From: Podarcis pityusensis
Lineage: Eukaryota
Direction: 5' to 3' (one strand)
DNA: 64,000 nucleotides
Assembly: GCA_964106645.2 (NCBI GenBank)
Contig: OZ067047.1
How positions within the stretch are numbered: the stretch's first letter is position 1; every line of letters starts with the position of its first letter. The position numbers were made by a program, and so were the translations under genes. Below the pieces are notes generated by a model. It made no database searches, was not told the DNA's origin, and saw nothing but the letters and a program-made list of their open reading frames with translations. Below, piece by piece: positions 13,595 through 26,693 of this stretch.

Positions 13595-13782
13595 CTGTAG
13601 GACCACAGGCTCCCTATTAATGGTGTAGGGCTTTGTGTGCTGGAATTACATTGCCTTGGGTGGAGGGCCTGTGTGCATGCTTCTGCAGCCCAATTTTATA
13701 GTCTATACATTTATAGAGAAGCAGATTATTACAAAATGTGATAACTTCCCTATGCTTTCTCCTCCCCCCAAATGAAAGAAAG

Positions 13783-13841
13783 AAAGAAAAGAAAAGAAAA
13801 GAAAAGAAAAGAAAAGAAAAGAAAAGAAAAGAAAAGAAAAG
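13783..13841 (+). repeat. (GAAAA)n microsatellite
   Basis: Direct reading of the sequence. Confidence 0.95.
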
Positions 13842-14327
13842 ACCATGTAAAGCAAGGATGAGAAACCTGTCGCTCTCCAAAGGTTTCTGGAGTAAACTCC
13901 AACTAGCATGGCCAATGACAAGGGATGGTTGGGATTATAGTGCAACAGCATCTGAAATGCCACAGGTACACCATTCATGGTGTAAAGCTGTGAACTTTCT
14001 TCAGCTTGGGGAAGTGCAAAACATTAACTTCTGACTGATGAGAAATTACGGAGGCAGTGCTATGGCGTTTTGCTTTCTTTTGGATTAGAGTGCACTGCAG
14101 ACTTGCATTTCTTTCTTTTTAAAAGTTCTTTATTTTATTTTGACAAAGTAATAATCATAAATAAATAAGAATAAAAATGTGCACCCCACCACCAATACCA
14201 TTCCATTATAATTATCCAACCTCCCAAAATTTCAACACCTCTTGCCATGGTTTGAACCCTTTCCGTTTTAACAGTATAAATTCTACAAACACCCTCCATA
14301 TCTACTCAAAATCATTTCGCATGCATA

Positions 14328-14503
14328 CAGTGGCGGAGAGCAGGCAAGGGTGGGGCTGGCACACATCCTGGGGGCGGGGCACGCCACCTGCGGGGGTGGG
14401 GTGTTCTGGGGGTGGGGGGCAGCCACAATGGCACCCTGCCGGGATCGTGCTGCCAGGGGCGGTGCGCTCCCCCTCCACTCCTCTTTCTCTTCCTCTGCCA
14501 GTG
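14328..14503. mobile_element. hAT-type MITE nested in L1
   Basis: CAGTGGCGGAGAG...CTCTGCCAGTG ends. 8-bp TSD CATGCATA / CCTGCATA. Confidence 0.75.
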
Positions 14504-14703
14504 CCTGCATATTCCCCCATCTTGCCTTGATGGCACGTGTTAATAGCTATATTCCACACCTCTTTATACCATTCTTCCATTTCATATTCTGCTTGCCCCT
14601 TCCACTTCCTAGCTATAATAATTTGTGCAGCTGTCAATAAATTTGTGAGCAGGCCTTTCATAGCCTGCAAACCTTCCACCCCATCGTAAACTGATAATGA
14701 TGC

Positions 14704-15123
14704 TGTCAGGAGCTCATCCTACACTCGAGTAGGACCCTGGCAGAGATACATGCCCAACTGGCATGTTCTCTCCCTCCTGGTCAGGAGCTTCATTAGCTTT
14801 CTTCAGCCCAAACATCACAGCGACCAATGCCAACAGACACCGGCACACTTAGGGATCCACAGAGTCTTCGCAGCTTGCGTGACAGACCTCAGCATTTTGG
14901 TTAATCTACATATAAACACACACGGAGCACTGCAACATGGCTCCCTCTCTCTCTAGCATCAGATAGCAAAGAGAAAGAACAAAGGACAATAGTCCCCCTT
15001 CACGGAACACAGTAACACAAACATTCTCTCTCCGTCACTTTCCACTCTGTGGAGTCAAAACACACACAGTCATGTGATAGATAAAAATCCCATGACTGCA
15101 ATCATGGAGCAGGAATTCTAACA
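14704..15123. mobile_element. Solo LTR (420 bp) nested in L1
   Basis: TGTCAGG...CTAACA termini. 5-bp TSD GATGC / GATCC. L1-like sequence resumes on the far side. Confidence 0.75.
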
Positions 15124-17447
15124 GATCCTACCTCTGAACTTTTTGACAGCTTTAACCCAGTGATTTCTGTTATCTCCCTTAAACACCAGACTTGCATTTC
15201 TGTCATATTTGCTTTTACTTACAAATATATAAGCAGGACAAAGTGGAAAGTGAATGAATTCTCTCACAGCAGGCACCAGATCCTCAGAGAAATCTCCTAC
15301 ATCCCAAGATTCTTTACCTTTAGCCAGTTCACAGCTCCCCCAGGATACACACTGTCTTGTTCTCTCTAAATTCAAACTGCCTTTACCTCTTTCTCTGTCT
15401 TCTTCTCACAGATGCATATCCCATTCCAAATATTGGATAGAGATTTCTAGTTACCATCTTGGGTCATAGTTCCCACTGATCAACCCATCACTCTGGATTA
15501 CTAGGTAACAACCACACTAACAGAGGATGGTTAGTCAGCATCCATGGCAGTATACATGCAAAAACAAGCCTCTTTTAACCTTGTTTTAAGTGAGCTAAAT
15601 ACATCCAGATGCTTAAGCCTCTCAATGAAAGGCTTGGGGGGGTATTTTTAAATCATGCCTACATCCCCAATACCCTCTTGATATGTATTTGAGCTATGTA
15701 TGAATCCACTGCTAAACCAGGAATTGAGAGTAGTGATAAGGAGACTCGGTGGAGATAACACACTTTTATGAAGCTTGAAGCTGCGCCTGGACAGATGTAG
15801 ATTGTATTGTATCTACCTTGGCCAGAGTCTCTTGGGCTCTGCCTCATTCATTTAGAAAGTTCAGCAGCATTGCTCTGTCTTGGCAGTGGGAAATAAAGCC
15901 TTTTGGATGGGAATCCGAAATGTAGGCTACTTTCCAATTACAGCCAAAAGCCATCCCTGGAGCTTCAGCATGGCCTGTGCTGTAAGGGCTGCTAAGAGCT
16001 TGTTTGTTTCTTCAGTCCAATTAAACAACAGCTCTTGATTTTAGAAATGAATAAATGAAACACTTCATCATCTCTGTGAGTGCTTGTCTTTGGTATCTAC
16101 TGGCAAGGGTCTTCCATTTGCCCGGGAACAGATTGAAAGGAGACCATGAGATCTTTTGAGATTCAGAAGTTCAATTTACTCTTAATTGTTTAAGTTGCTT
16201 TTTATATAACTGTTGTGCTGAGCTATGGGATGTTTTTAGTTTTATTGGAAAGAGGTGTTTGAATGTTTGTATTTTATCTGTTTATGTAAACAGCTTGTCC
16301 TGAAATGTAGAATTCTATCCTGAAAGGATAGAATTTTTTAAATAAATTAAAATATGGGATGGGGTTAAAAGGAGAAGAATGTAAATATCTTAAGATCATT
16401 CTATTTAGGAAGGATTTTTTTAATCACACTTGCACAAAGAATACCTGTACAAATGTCTCTGAATTGAACCGGGGGTGACCTAGGTGACTCCCGAAGTCCT
16501 TTCCACTCTAAATCTGTTTTGATGATTGATTTATAGTATTTTATAGTATGTTTTATGGCATCATTTGTTGCGTTAATATGCTGCTCACCGCTTTGGGGGA
16601 CTGTGGGCCTAAAAATGATATATAAATATATCTATAAAATAGCACAATATAATCCTTGAGACAGCCATTTTATAATGCGCCTGCTGAGTATTGCTCACGT
16701 TCCTCTTATTATGGTTGGATAGGACTCTTTAAGCTGAGCACGGTGGGTAACTGCCATTTTTTTGGGGGGGGGGGAGATATGGCACCCAGATTCTTCTCTG
16801 AAGAGTGTTGCTTCTTCCTCTCTTAGAAAATCGCGCAGGCCAGGTGCACCAGCTCTGGGGCCAACATGTCTCTTGTCCCCTCAATCTTTGTCATAAGGGG
16901 GTTTGGCCACCTCAATGCTGAGGGGGCCTGGTGCGCGTTATGCACATTGCAAGTTGCATGTCACAGCTTCACAACCAGCTCCTACAGAGCGCTCAGCCTT
17001 TTCCAGATGACACAACATCATTTGCATGCAACGCATGTGGTATTACACATGCACAATGTGAGTCACTCACTTGACGCTATGCGCACACAACGTGTGCCCT
17101 CACCCCAATATTGGGGGCAGCCTGGCACTTCTAGGTCAGGCCATGATGGTTAAAGCTTCACCTACTTAATCTCTGTATGTCAGGCCACTATCAAAGGCAC
17201 AGAAACAGGCGGGGAAATGGCTCTATTACTACAAGTGTACCTTGGTGCTTGTGTGGGATGGTGCTTGGTGTTGACCTGTGACTGGAAAGAGTGGGGCAAA
17301 TGCTAAGTGTGGAAAGGCCCATAGTATGCACGGCAAGTTCTATAAGCAACATTTACAGACAAGGCAGAAAACAGCAGTGCCAATCTGCTTACTAGTCTTT
17401 AAACCGAAAAATGTTAAAACTGCTTTCATGTTTTTAACAAGTAGCTC

Positions 17448-17488
17448 TGTGTGTGTGTGTGTGTGTGTGCGCGCGCGCGCGCACGCAC
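17448..17488. repeat. (TG)n(CG)n alternating purine-pyrimidine tract
   Basis: Direct reading of the sequence. Confidence 0.95.
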
Positions 17489-17747
17489 CCCCCCAAGCCA
17501 TCAAAAAACAGAAGCGAAAAAGGAAAGGATATTACAGTAGTTGTGGCCCTGTTGTCAGACATCTGCTTTAGTGCTCTTGCAACTGAAATGCAGACAGGGA
17601 TTGGATAATGCTGGCTCCTAAACCTATGGAGAGGTCCCTTGTCCCTTTTCAAAAGGCGACTGATTAATTGCTCATTTTGCCTGATGACTCTCTGAGGCAG
17701 GCACTAATGCTGACTTCAAGAGGGCAATTCAACCCCTTTCTTCCATC

Positions 17748-17791
<44 letters not shown>
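17748..17791 (+). repeat. (GA)n microsatellite
   Basis: Direct reading of the sequence. Confidence 0.95.
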
Positions 17792-20417
17792 CGCACTAGC
17801 TCTGTCACTTCCCTTTTCAGAATCACTCTGGGGTTTCCACTGCTCTTCTGCGACGACAAGCATGTCATTTTGAAGTTTGTCAATCACAATTTAATCAACC
17901 AGCCGCTACATCTGAAGCTTAACGGGTATCAGATCATAATTTGCTTGCTGATTATACCTCTGTGGCAATTTGTCTCTGACTCCATTTAAACGTTCAATGT
18001 AAAATGCAGCCAGGTTGTTTCCTCTTCAGCTGATTCAAAGTGCAAGGTACTATCTGGCAAACTTACAAGAATTTGAGAACAGATGTGAAGTCCCCTGCCT
18101 TGGCCCCAAGGCTTCACGCCCAGTGCGACCGGACCAGTCATGCTCCCTTAAATCCACCTCTGACAGATCTCTAAACCAAAAAGCAGTCTCCTTTCAGATG
18201 CATCTTCCACAGTACCTGCCCTAGTCAAGGATATATTCCACTCTTGGCTGGGTATAATCCCTACCCCCTGGATATGCACTTGCAACAACTAGGTAATTAG
18301 GGTACCATCTTTTTCTGACTCCTACTCAAAGGCAGGCACAGGGCAAGGTGATCTGACAGCCACAAGCGACACCGTTTGGGTGCTATTTAAGGGCAGAAGA
18401 GCAGGGGAAACAGTTTTGACCCATAGGGCACAGTCCATCATCATGCCAGGCTCCTGTTCATTTCAGTGAGGCTTGTGCAGGCATTTCCGGGTTGAATATA
18501 CCTCAGAAAGTGACATTCTTTTCGGTTATTTGGCCTCACAGCTCTGAGCAGACTCGTGACCTTTCACAGCAGCCTGCTACAGTCTTTTGTCGACTGGCAA
18601 CTGCCAGTAAGGAGATATGTATCACATTTGAGGAATCATTGAAATAGGGGCTACAGTGATCTTTATTTGTCATAGTTATGCAGTCATTTCATTGTGGTAG
18701 AAACCTCTGGATCAATACATTTGTTCACATTGCTAATATACCCTCACGAGTAAGCATGCTCCTATGTACATTTGTGTTCTTGGCTGAACCCCTGATTAAC
18801 TGGGCATCTAAGATGACCCAATCCTTCTCTTTATGGTCGTCTGTCAATTGGATGATGCTGACAGCAGTGCCTGTTGGAAAATCCAGGCTTTGCTCATATT
18901 CAAAAGACTACAAAGCAGAAAAGGTATTCTCCATCTTGGGGGGTGTCCCCCTCATCATTTCAAGACTTTAAGAGCAGTAAGGTTTGAGAGATGGAGATGG
19001 TTCTCTCACACATCTTTTTTTACATATGTTACAGTGCACGGGTGCAGTTGTGGTCTGAGACTAACACCTCTTCTTTGGAACAGTTAGAAGAAAATATAGC
19101 AAAAGTGTGAAACCTTCAGCAGCAGAACCTATCTCCTTCCCAAGGAAATAAACGTTTCCAAGTCTTGATCGTTTTTATAACTGCCTTGTAATTTATGGTT
19201 TGCTTACACCAGGGGTAGGGAGCCTGCACTCCAACAACATCTGGAGGACCACAACTCTCATCGTCCCTGACCATTGGGCATGCTGGCTATTGTGAAGGCA
19301 CTCTCATGAATCATTAACATCCTCTACCACTCCACCTAATAGAAAATCACAGAAAGAAATATTTAGCCACATTCCCAAGCTCATTATTAAAAAATCTTCT
19401 GTTTGCATTGAATTCTACATGCTCAGGATAATTACTATACTATGTGGTCCAATATTAAAAACAGGCCAATCAAGAGATACAAATTAACCAGGACCTGTTT
19501 TCTTCACTTTCATCTTATTTCTCTTTCTACTCCTTGTTAATCTCTCAACTGCACAAGTAGAACAGCTGAGGCTCCCAATCAAATATCCATGTCTAAACAC
19601 AAACAACGGGCAAATGCCACAAAACACTAATGCAGAAGGCTTTTCCAAAACAGACTATTTTCAGGGTTGCTTTTTAAAGCAACTACATATGGATTGTATC
19701 CACTGCCAGCCCTACTCAGAGTTGACCCACTGAAATTAATAGCCATGGCCAAGTTTTCTCCACTGTCAGTGTGTTTACTCTGAGTAAAACTTAGTAAGAA
19801 GATTGAGGTGATATACAAGATTCCTGCTTCCCCACCCAGAGACACACACAGAAAGACTGGCCCAAAATCACTCAATGACCTCAATACTCAAGTGAGAATT
19901 TAAACCTGATACCCCCTAGTTCCAGTCTTTAATTCTAACCACAATACCACACATTCAGTCATCAGTATTTTTTCTGCAGAAATGTATATTCAAAAAGGAT
20001 TAAACCTGAACTATTTGCTTCAGTGGTGCAGACCTTACCATTGATATGCACCCAGCCTTCTAAAAATCCCACTTCCAATAGGGGCTTCTATCAAAGCAGC
20101 TCAGTAGCAACAACAAGAGTTTTTTTTTTTTTTTTGAAAAATATTTATTGGGGTTTACAATAAAAATGAACATAATAAACAGTATAACAAATCTTAACAT
20201 AATTTCACATTTTCTTTGGACTTCCTCACATCTCCCGCTCCCACTTTCATCATTATAACTTTTTACCAGCAATTTATTATCTTATTTGCATTCTTATATC
20301 TCATTTATGTCTTTATAATCTTATAATTCTCAAAAAATTTATATTTTCTCAATCTCACTTATTTTCTTAAGTCATCTAGGTTAGTGGTGCTCGATTATTT
20401 ATGATCTAGCATCCTGC

Positions 20418-23400
20418 TTAACATTCACTCAAATTACAATACTTTTGTAAATAATTCTTAAATTTCTTCCAATCCTCCTCCATCTTCTCTTCTCCCAGGT
20501 CACGAATTCTGCCAGTCATCTCGGCCAGTTCCATATAGTCTATCAGTTGCATCTGCCATTCTTCCAGTGTGGGTAGATCTTGAGTTTTCCAGTGCTTTGC
20601 GAGAAGTATCCTTGCTGCTGTTGTTGCATACATAAAAAATGTCCGGTCCTTCTTTACCACCCCTTGGCCGACAGTACCCAAAAGAAAGGCCTCTGGTTTC
20701 TTGGTGAAGGTATACTTAAATACCTTTTTCAATTCATTATAAATCATTTCCCAGAACGCCTTCACTTTAGGGCAAGTCCACCAGAGGTGGAAAAATGTTC
20801 CTTCACACTCTTTACATTTCCAACACTTATTATCAGACAGGTGGTAAATTTTTGCAAGTTTGACTGGGGTCATATACCATCTATATATCATTTTCATTAC
20901 ATTTTCTTTCAAAGCATTGCATGCAGTAAATTTCAGTCCGGTACTCCACAACCTTTCCCAGTCCTCAAACATAATATTATACCCAATGTCCTGTGCCCAC
21001 CTTATCATAGCCGATTTGACCATTTCTTCTTGTGTATTCCATTTTAACAGCAAGTTATACATCCTTGAAAGTACCTTAATCTTTGGTTCTAACAATTCTG
21101 TTTCTAGTTTCGATTTCTCCACCTGGAACCCTAATTTCTTGTCATTTTTAAAGACTTCTTTAATCTGAGCGTAATGTAACCAGTCTCGCACTTTATCCTT
21201 CATTTTCTCCAAGCTCTGCAGTTTCCAATTGTCTCCATTTTTTTCTAGTATTTCCCAATATTTAGGCCATTTAGCCTCCATATTGGGTCTTTTTCGGGCC
21301 TTAGCTTCCAAAGGTGAAAGCCACCTTGGAGTTTTATTTTCCAGCAAGTCTTTATATTTTAACCAGACATTAAACAGTGATTTTCTGACAATATGGTTCT
21401 TAAAGGCCTTATTTGCTTTAACCTTGTCATACCATAAATATGCATGCCATCCAAAAGCATTGTTAAACCCTTCCAAATCCAACACGTCAGTGTCCTCAAG
21501 AAGTAGCCAGTCTTTTAGCCAGCAGAACGCTGCGGCCTCATAATACAACTTTAGATCTGGCAGGGCAAAGCCCCCTCTTTCTTTCGCATCAGTTAATATC
21601 TTAAACTTAATTCTGGGCTTTTTGCCCTGCCAGACAAACTTAGAGATATCTCTCTGCCACTTCTGAAAGCACTCCGTCTTGTCCAAAACCTGAAGTGTTT
21701 GAAACAAAAACAACATCTTTGGCAATACATTCATCTTGATAGCAGCAATTCGGCCCAACAAAGAAAGTTTCAATTTTGACCAACTATCCAAGTCTCTCTT
21801 AATTTCTGCCCAGCATTTTTCATAATTATCCTTAAAAAGACTTAGATTTTTTGCTGTTATGTTTACCCCTAGGTATTTTACTTTTTTAACCACATTAAGT
21901 TCTGTCTCTTTCTGAAACCGTTATGACTCTGTATCTGTCAAATTTTTCCCCAAAACCTTGGTTTTCTGTTTATTTAATTTAAATCCAGCCACCCGACCAA
22001 AATCATTAATCAGTTGTAATACTCTTTTCGTACTAGACTCTGGCTCCTGCAAAGTCAAAACCAGGTCATCTGCAAAAGCTTTTAGTTTATATTGTTTCTG
22101 TCCGACCTGAATTCCTTCCACCAACCGGTCCCCTCTAATCATATTCAATAGCACTTCCAGAACCGAAATGAATAACAAAGGGGAGATAGGGCAACCTTGT
22201 CGTGTTCCTTTTTCAATTTTAAACTCTTCTGTAACCACATTATTAACTATCAGTTTCGCTTTCTGCTCTGAATATATCGCCTCAATCCCATTCTCAAAAC
22301 CCCGTCCCACTCCCATCCCTTTTAAATTTCCCATCATAAATTTCCAGGAGATGTTGTCAAAGGCCTTCTCCGCGTCTATAAAAATTAAAACTGCTTTTGT
22401 ATTTATATCTGTTTGCAAAAGTTCCAAAATGTCAATAATGTTCCTTGTATTAGCAAACAAATGTCTACCTGGGAGAAAGCCTGCCTGGTCCTTATGGATT
22501 ACTTCATTTAAAACTTTTTTAAGTCTACTTGCCAAAATGTCTGCAAATATTTTGTAATCCACATTTAAAAGGGAGATGGGACGATAGTTCTTAAGTTGTG
22601 TCTTTTCAGCTTCCGTCTTTGGTATTAATGTGATAAACGCTTCCTTCCACGACTCCGGTGCCCTCTTTCCCTCCAAAATTTCATTGCTGACCTCCATCAA
22701 AGGTTGTATCAAGTAGTCTTTTAATGTCTTATAGTACTTGGAGGTCAGCCCATCTGGCCCTGGAGATTTGCCCAGTTGCATGTTCTGAATGGCTTGTTCA
22801 ATCTCCTGTCGTGTTATTTTAGAATTCAGGATTGTCCTATTTTCTTGTGACAATTTGGATAGTCCATTTTTTGCCAAAAATTGTTTAATCTCAACTTCGT
22901 CTTGCGGCCCTTGGGTGTATAATTTTTTGAAGTATCTCTGGAAACACTTTCTAATGTCCACAGGATTCTGAATGTTTTTTCCTTCAACCTCTAAGTTTGT
23001 TACCGTATTTAATCTTTGTCTCCTCTTCAACTGCCAAGCTAGCAGTTTTCCACATTTATTCGCCGACTCAAACGTTTTTTGTTTCATTAATTTAACCTTC
23101 CATTCTATTTCCTGATTTATCAATTTAGAATATTGTGTTTGGTAAAGTTTAATTTCTCTCAGAGTTGGCTGTGACTTCGGATTTGATCTTAACTTCTTCT
23201 CTAATTCTTTTATTTTATCCAGGATCTTATCTTTTTTCTCATTTTGTATCCTTTTCTTTACGGCATTCTGTTGTATCAAGAATCCCCTCATTTACAGCTT
23301 TACTTGCGTCCCAGACGATTCTTTTTTCCACCTTAGTGTTCATATTTATCTCAAAGTAATCCTTCAGAACTTTTTGGGCCTTCTTGATAATTTCCTGATC

Positions 23401-24159
23401 TCTGAACAAATTGTCATTCATCTTCCATCTAAAGGATCCGGTTGGTAGTAGTGTCATATCCATCTTAACTGCGTTATGGTCGGAGCAGGTCTTTGGGCAA
23501 ATTTCCACTTTTCTGGCCTTAGGTGCCAGGCCTCTAGATATCCATATTTGGTCGATTCTTGTCCAGGTCAGTTGGGCTTCAGAAAAGAATGTTCCCTCTC
23601 TTCCTAGTGGGTTCTTTGTCCTCCAGATGTCGATCAAGTCCATATTGTCTGTCATTTCAAAAAAAGTTTTAGGTAGTCTGCCGTCTTTTGTGACATTTTG
23701 ACTTTGTGACTTGTCCATGTTAGTTGATACGACCCCATTCATATCTCCCATCATTATGATGTTGTTGTAGTCCAGATAATCCAGCATAGTCTCATGCAAC
23801 TTCTTGTAGAATTCCGATTTCCCTTCGTTAGGTGCATAGATTCCTAATATCAACAATTTCTCTCCTTGGTGTTGTATCTCAATAGCCAAAATTCTTCCAT
23901 GTTCATCTTTAAATAAGAATTTAGGTGACAGGCTCTCTTTTGCATATATCACCACACCTCTCTTCTTGACTTTGTCCGAAGATATAAATTCCTGGCCCAA
24001 TCTTTTATTTATTAACACTTTTCTGTGGAGCCTTGTCACATGTGTTTCCTGTAGGCAAATAATGTCCAATTGTTCTTTTTTTAATATATGAAATATTTTC
24101 TTCCTTTTTTCCGGAATGTTACAGCCATTTATATTCCAGCTCAACAGTTGCAGAGACAT
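20418..24159 (-). pseudogene. L1 ORF2p (APE endonuclease + RT + CCHC), disrupted by one frameshift (~23290) and one in-frame stop (21921-21923)
   Basis: Motifs SWNING, LQETH, GDMN, SDH (EN); GTRQGCPISP, FADD (RT); CWKC-x8-H-x4-C. The three ORF pieces join to about 1246 aa. Confidence 0.93.
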
Positions 24160-24174
24160 CCTGAATTAATCTGG

Positions 24175-25212
24175 TTATTTTTCCAGGGGTGGTATCTTGT
24201 TCACAGGATCTTCAGGTTCCACAGGTGCTGGTGCTGGTACTGGCGTTGCCCCAGGCTCAGGAGGTAGTTCAATTCCTTTTTGAAGGTCCTCTCCGTATGA
24301 AGACAGAAATTTGTCTCTCTCTTCCGATGTTCTAATTTTGACCTTTCTCCCTCTAAAGGTAAAGGATATTCCTTGGGGGAATTCCCACCTAAATGCAATT
24401 GCGTTGCTCCTTAATAATTTGGCAAGTTCAGAATAGGCGGCTCTAAGGTCCAACAGTTGTCTAGGAATATCTTTGTAAATTTCAGTTCTTCTGTCCAAAA
24501 TGTCCAGTGACTTTCCGTAGTGTAGGCCCAAAATCTTGTCCCTTTCCTCCTTTGATCTCAATGTTATCAGACAGTCTCTGGGCCTCTCCTTCTTTATAAA
24601 TCTTCCAAGTCTGAAAGCTGACACAATTTTGAAGTCCTTTTCCTCCAAATTCCAGAACTTGGAGAATTCTTTGGTTAAGAACTCAGCTAAATTTCCTTCT
24701 TCTGCCTCTTGTAGCGACCTAATCCTCAAATTATTCTCACGATTTCGCAGTTCTATCATAGAAAGATAAATCTGATGTTCCCCAACTTGTTTGGTGAGTG
24801 GTCTTACCTCTTGTTCTAAATTTTCTAATTTTTGTCTGGTATCCTCAGCCAATTTCCGATTTTCTGCTGTGGCCTCCGTCAACTGTCCAATTGCCTGTGT
24901 GTTCTGTGCCACTTGTCCAGTTAATTTATTTAAGCATTCTGTATTTTGGTCAATCTTTGCTGTTTGCTCATCTGCTTTCTTGTCCAAAGCTTCCAATTTT
25001 TCAAAAATTTTATCTAAAATAGAAGCAGATGCTCCTGAGGCCATATCTTCCAATTGTAACTGCTCTATTTCTCCCTCTTTTGCCTGTGACGAGGCAACTT
25101 CTTCTACTTCTGAAGGCAAAGTAGGTACAGATGATCTACGTGTCTGTGGGGCTGAGGTTAGAGTTGTCAAAGTTGTTTGTCTAACTCTTCCTCTTCTTCT
25201 TGTGCCACTCAT
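24175..25212 (-). CDS. L1 ORF1p (345 aa, coiled-coil plus RRM-type), intact
   Basis: Heptad-rich region followed by RENNLRIRSL and AFRLG motifs typical of L1 ORF1. 15-nt spacer before the ORF2 ATG. Confidence 0.9.
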   Translation of the reverse strand: MSGTRRRGRVRQTTLTTLTSAPQTRRSSVPTLPSEVEEVASSQAKEGEIEQLQLEDMASGASASILDKIFEKLEALDKKADEQTAKIDQNTECLNKLTGQVAQNTQAIGQLTEATAENRKLAEDTRQKLENLEQEVRPLTKQVGEHQIYLSMIELRNRENNLRIRSLQEAEEGNLAEFLTKEFSKFWNLEEKDFKIVSAFRLGRFIKKERPRDCLITLRSKEERDKILGLHYGKSLDILDRRTEIYKDIPRQLLDLRAAYSELAKLLRSNAIAFRWEFPQGISFTFRGRKVKIRTSEERDKFLSSYGEDLQKGIELPPEPGATPVPAPAPVEPEDPVNKIPPLEK

Positions 25213-26502
25213 TCCAACGTTATCTATCAGTCAAGGTCACACTGAGTTATTCCCATGGGAATAGAAAGGCCCAGCGAAAGCAAACAGCCAGGGAATCGAA
25301 AGTAAATGTAAAGTCACTGTTTTAATCCAATCCTCTAGAGGGAGCCTAAAATGTCTTTCAGAGTCTAATTTAATGTCCAAGAACCTTCAAGTACAAGTAT
25401 TTAGCAGAGTTGATATTAATAATCACTTTGTTACAAACAGTGCTTTCTGGTCTCCAAGAAAATGTTTCAAGTTAGAAGGTCTAAATACCCTCAGATTGTT
25501 GCAAGTTCCAATATACAGTATCCAAATCTGCAGTACTGACAGCTCAGTCTCTCAAAGCTCAGGCAGCTCCGGACCCTGGGTTTCACCTTTTAATTGTAAT
25601 CCAATAAAAGAAGGAAAGTCAAATACAAATGGTGATTCCAAATCATTAACTTAAAGTCTTTACTTTAGATTACAGGTTCAGTGGATGCTTAGATCAGTAA
25701 GGTTAAAAGTTCTTTTTTCAGCCTCCACTCCTCCAGCTCTTTGCTTTTTCAAGTTCAGTGGCAGCGGAAGACGGACTTCCTGTTTCCACGTCTCTCCGCT
25801 CTCAGCCAAGTTCAAATCTTTTAGTTCAACTTTTAGTCTCTAATTTAAAGTGATTCAGTCTTTACTCACGAATAGGTTGGTTTTAATTCCGGATCCAAAT
25901 TTCACAGGAAAAGGGATCAGCGCTCACCGGCAGCAGCAGCGCGGCTTCGCTCCGCAGATTGCGAAACGGCTCACAGCGCCGCCACCCCCCTCCACGCTCC
26001 GGAGCCCCTTACGGGGTTCCTTTGATGTTTGGAGGGTCGCTTTTGGCGCCCACCGAGCCTCAAGGCCACAGGCTCTTGCCGCCTGTGGTTTTCCAGAGTG
26101 GGTCTCCGCTTCGCCGTAGCGGACGACCCGGTGTCTGCGGAGCCTCCTCTTCCCGGTTAGAAGAGGACCGCCATTGCCGTTCGCGCCGCCCCCGGAAGTC
26201 ACAACAAGAGTTTTGGATGCACAAACATTAGAGTACAGCAAGCCCTGTATCGTGCACTTGGAAAAACTAATCCGAGTTACACAATTTTCACACAGTAGTG
26301 TGCATCTTCCTCTATTAAGGAAAGTTCACAAGGATCTTGCACCCGGCTTGGAATATCAGTGGCTTTACATTCCACAACATGAATCAAAGAGTCAATGCAT
26401 GATTGCGCTTACACCAAGTGTACAACAACTCCCAGCTGCACAATGCACAAATCGGCTGGGAAGAAAGGACCATCCATAAACAAGACAGTGTGAGCTGATC
26501 TT

Positions 26503-26693
26503 TAGGGTAAATCCACACTGCACCTTTAAATTCAATTTAAAGCACATGACTTCTCCCAGAGTCCTGGGAATTGTAGTTTGTTAAAGGTGCTAGAAATGGT
26601 AGGAAACGACAGCTCCTAGGATTCTTTGAGGGAAAGAACGTGCTTCAAATGCACACTGAATATGCTTTCATTGTGTAGTGTGGATCTGCCCTT
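26503..26693. mobile_element. PIF/Harbinger-like MITE
   Basis: GGGTAAATCCACACT...AGTGTGGATCTGCCC inverted ends in a TTA/TAA context. Confidence 0.55.

Larger units (their letters stand above)
14108..15150 (-). mobile_element. Old L1 3' fragment carrying two nested insertions
   Basis: T-rich tail at about 14108-14140. The minus-strand peptide LLTAAQIIIARKWK...EEWYKEVWNIA is an L1 ORF2 C-terminus. Confidence 0.8.
20120..26200 (-). mobile_element. Full-length L1 (LINE-1) retrotransposon, ~6.1 kb
   Basis: 5' end GACTTCCGGGGGCGG, CpG-rich 5' UTR, ORF1, EN-RT ORF2, and poly(A) tail at 20120-20135. TSD ACAACAAGAGTTTT at 20110-20123 and 26201-26214. Confidence 0.97.

Noticed and set aside
16311-16335. 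11-bp hairpin AATTCTATCCT-GAA-AGGATAGAATT
   Set aside because: Short, AT-rich and within a degraded repeat tail. No functional support.
24791-26241. ORF0-like antisense ORFs in the L1 5' UTR/ORF1
   Set aside because: They start at non-ATG codons and are explained by GC content or as a shadow of ORF1.
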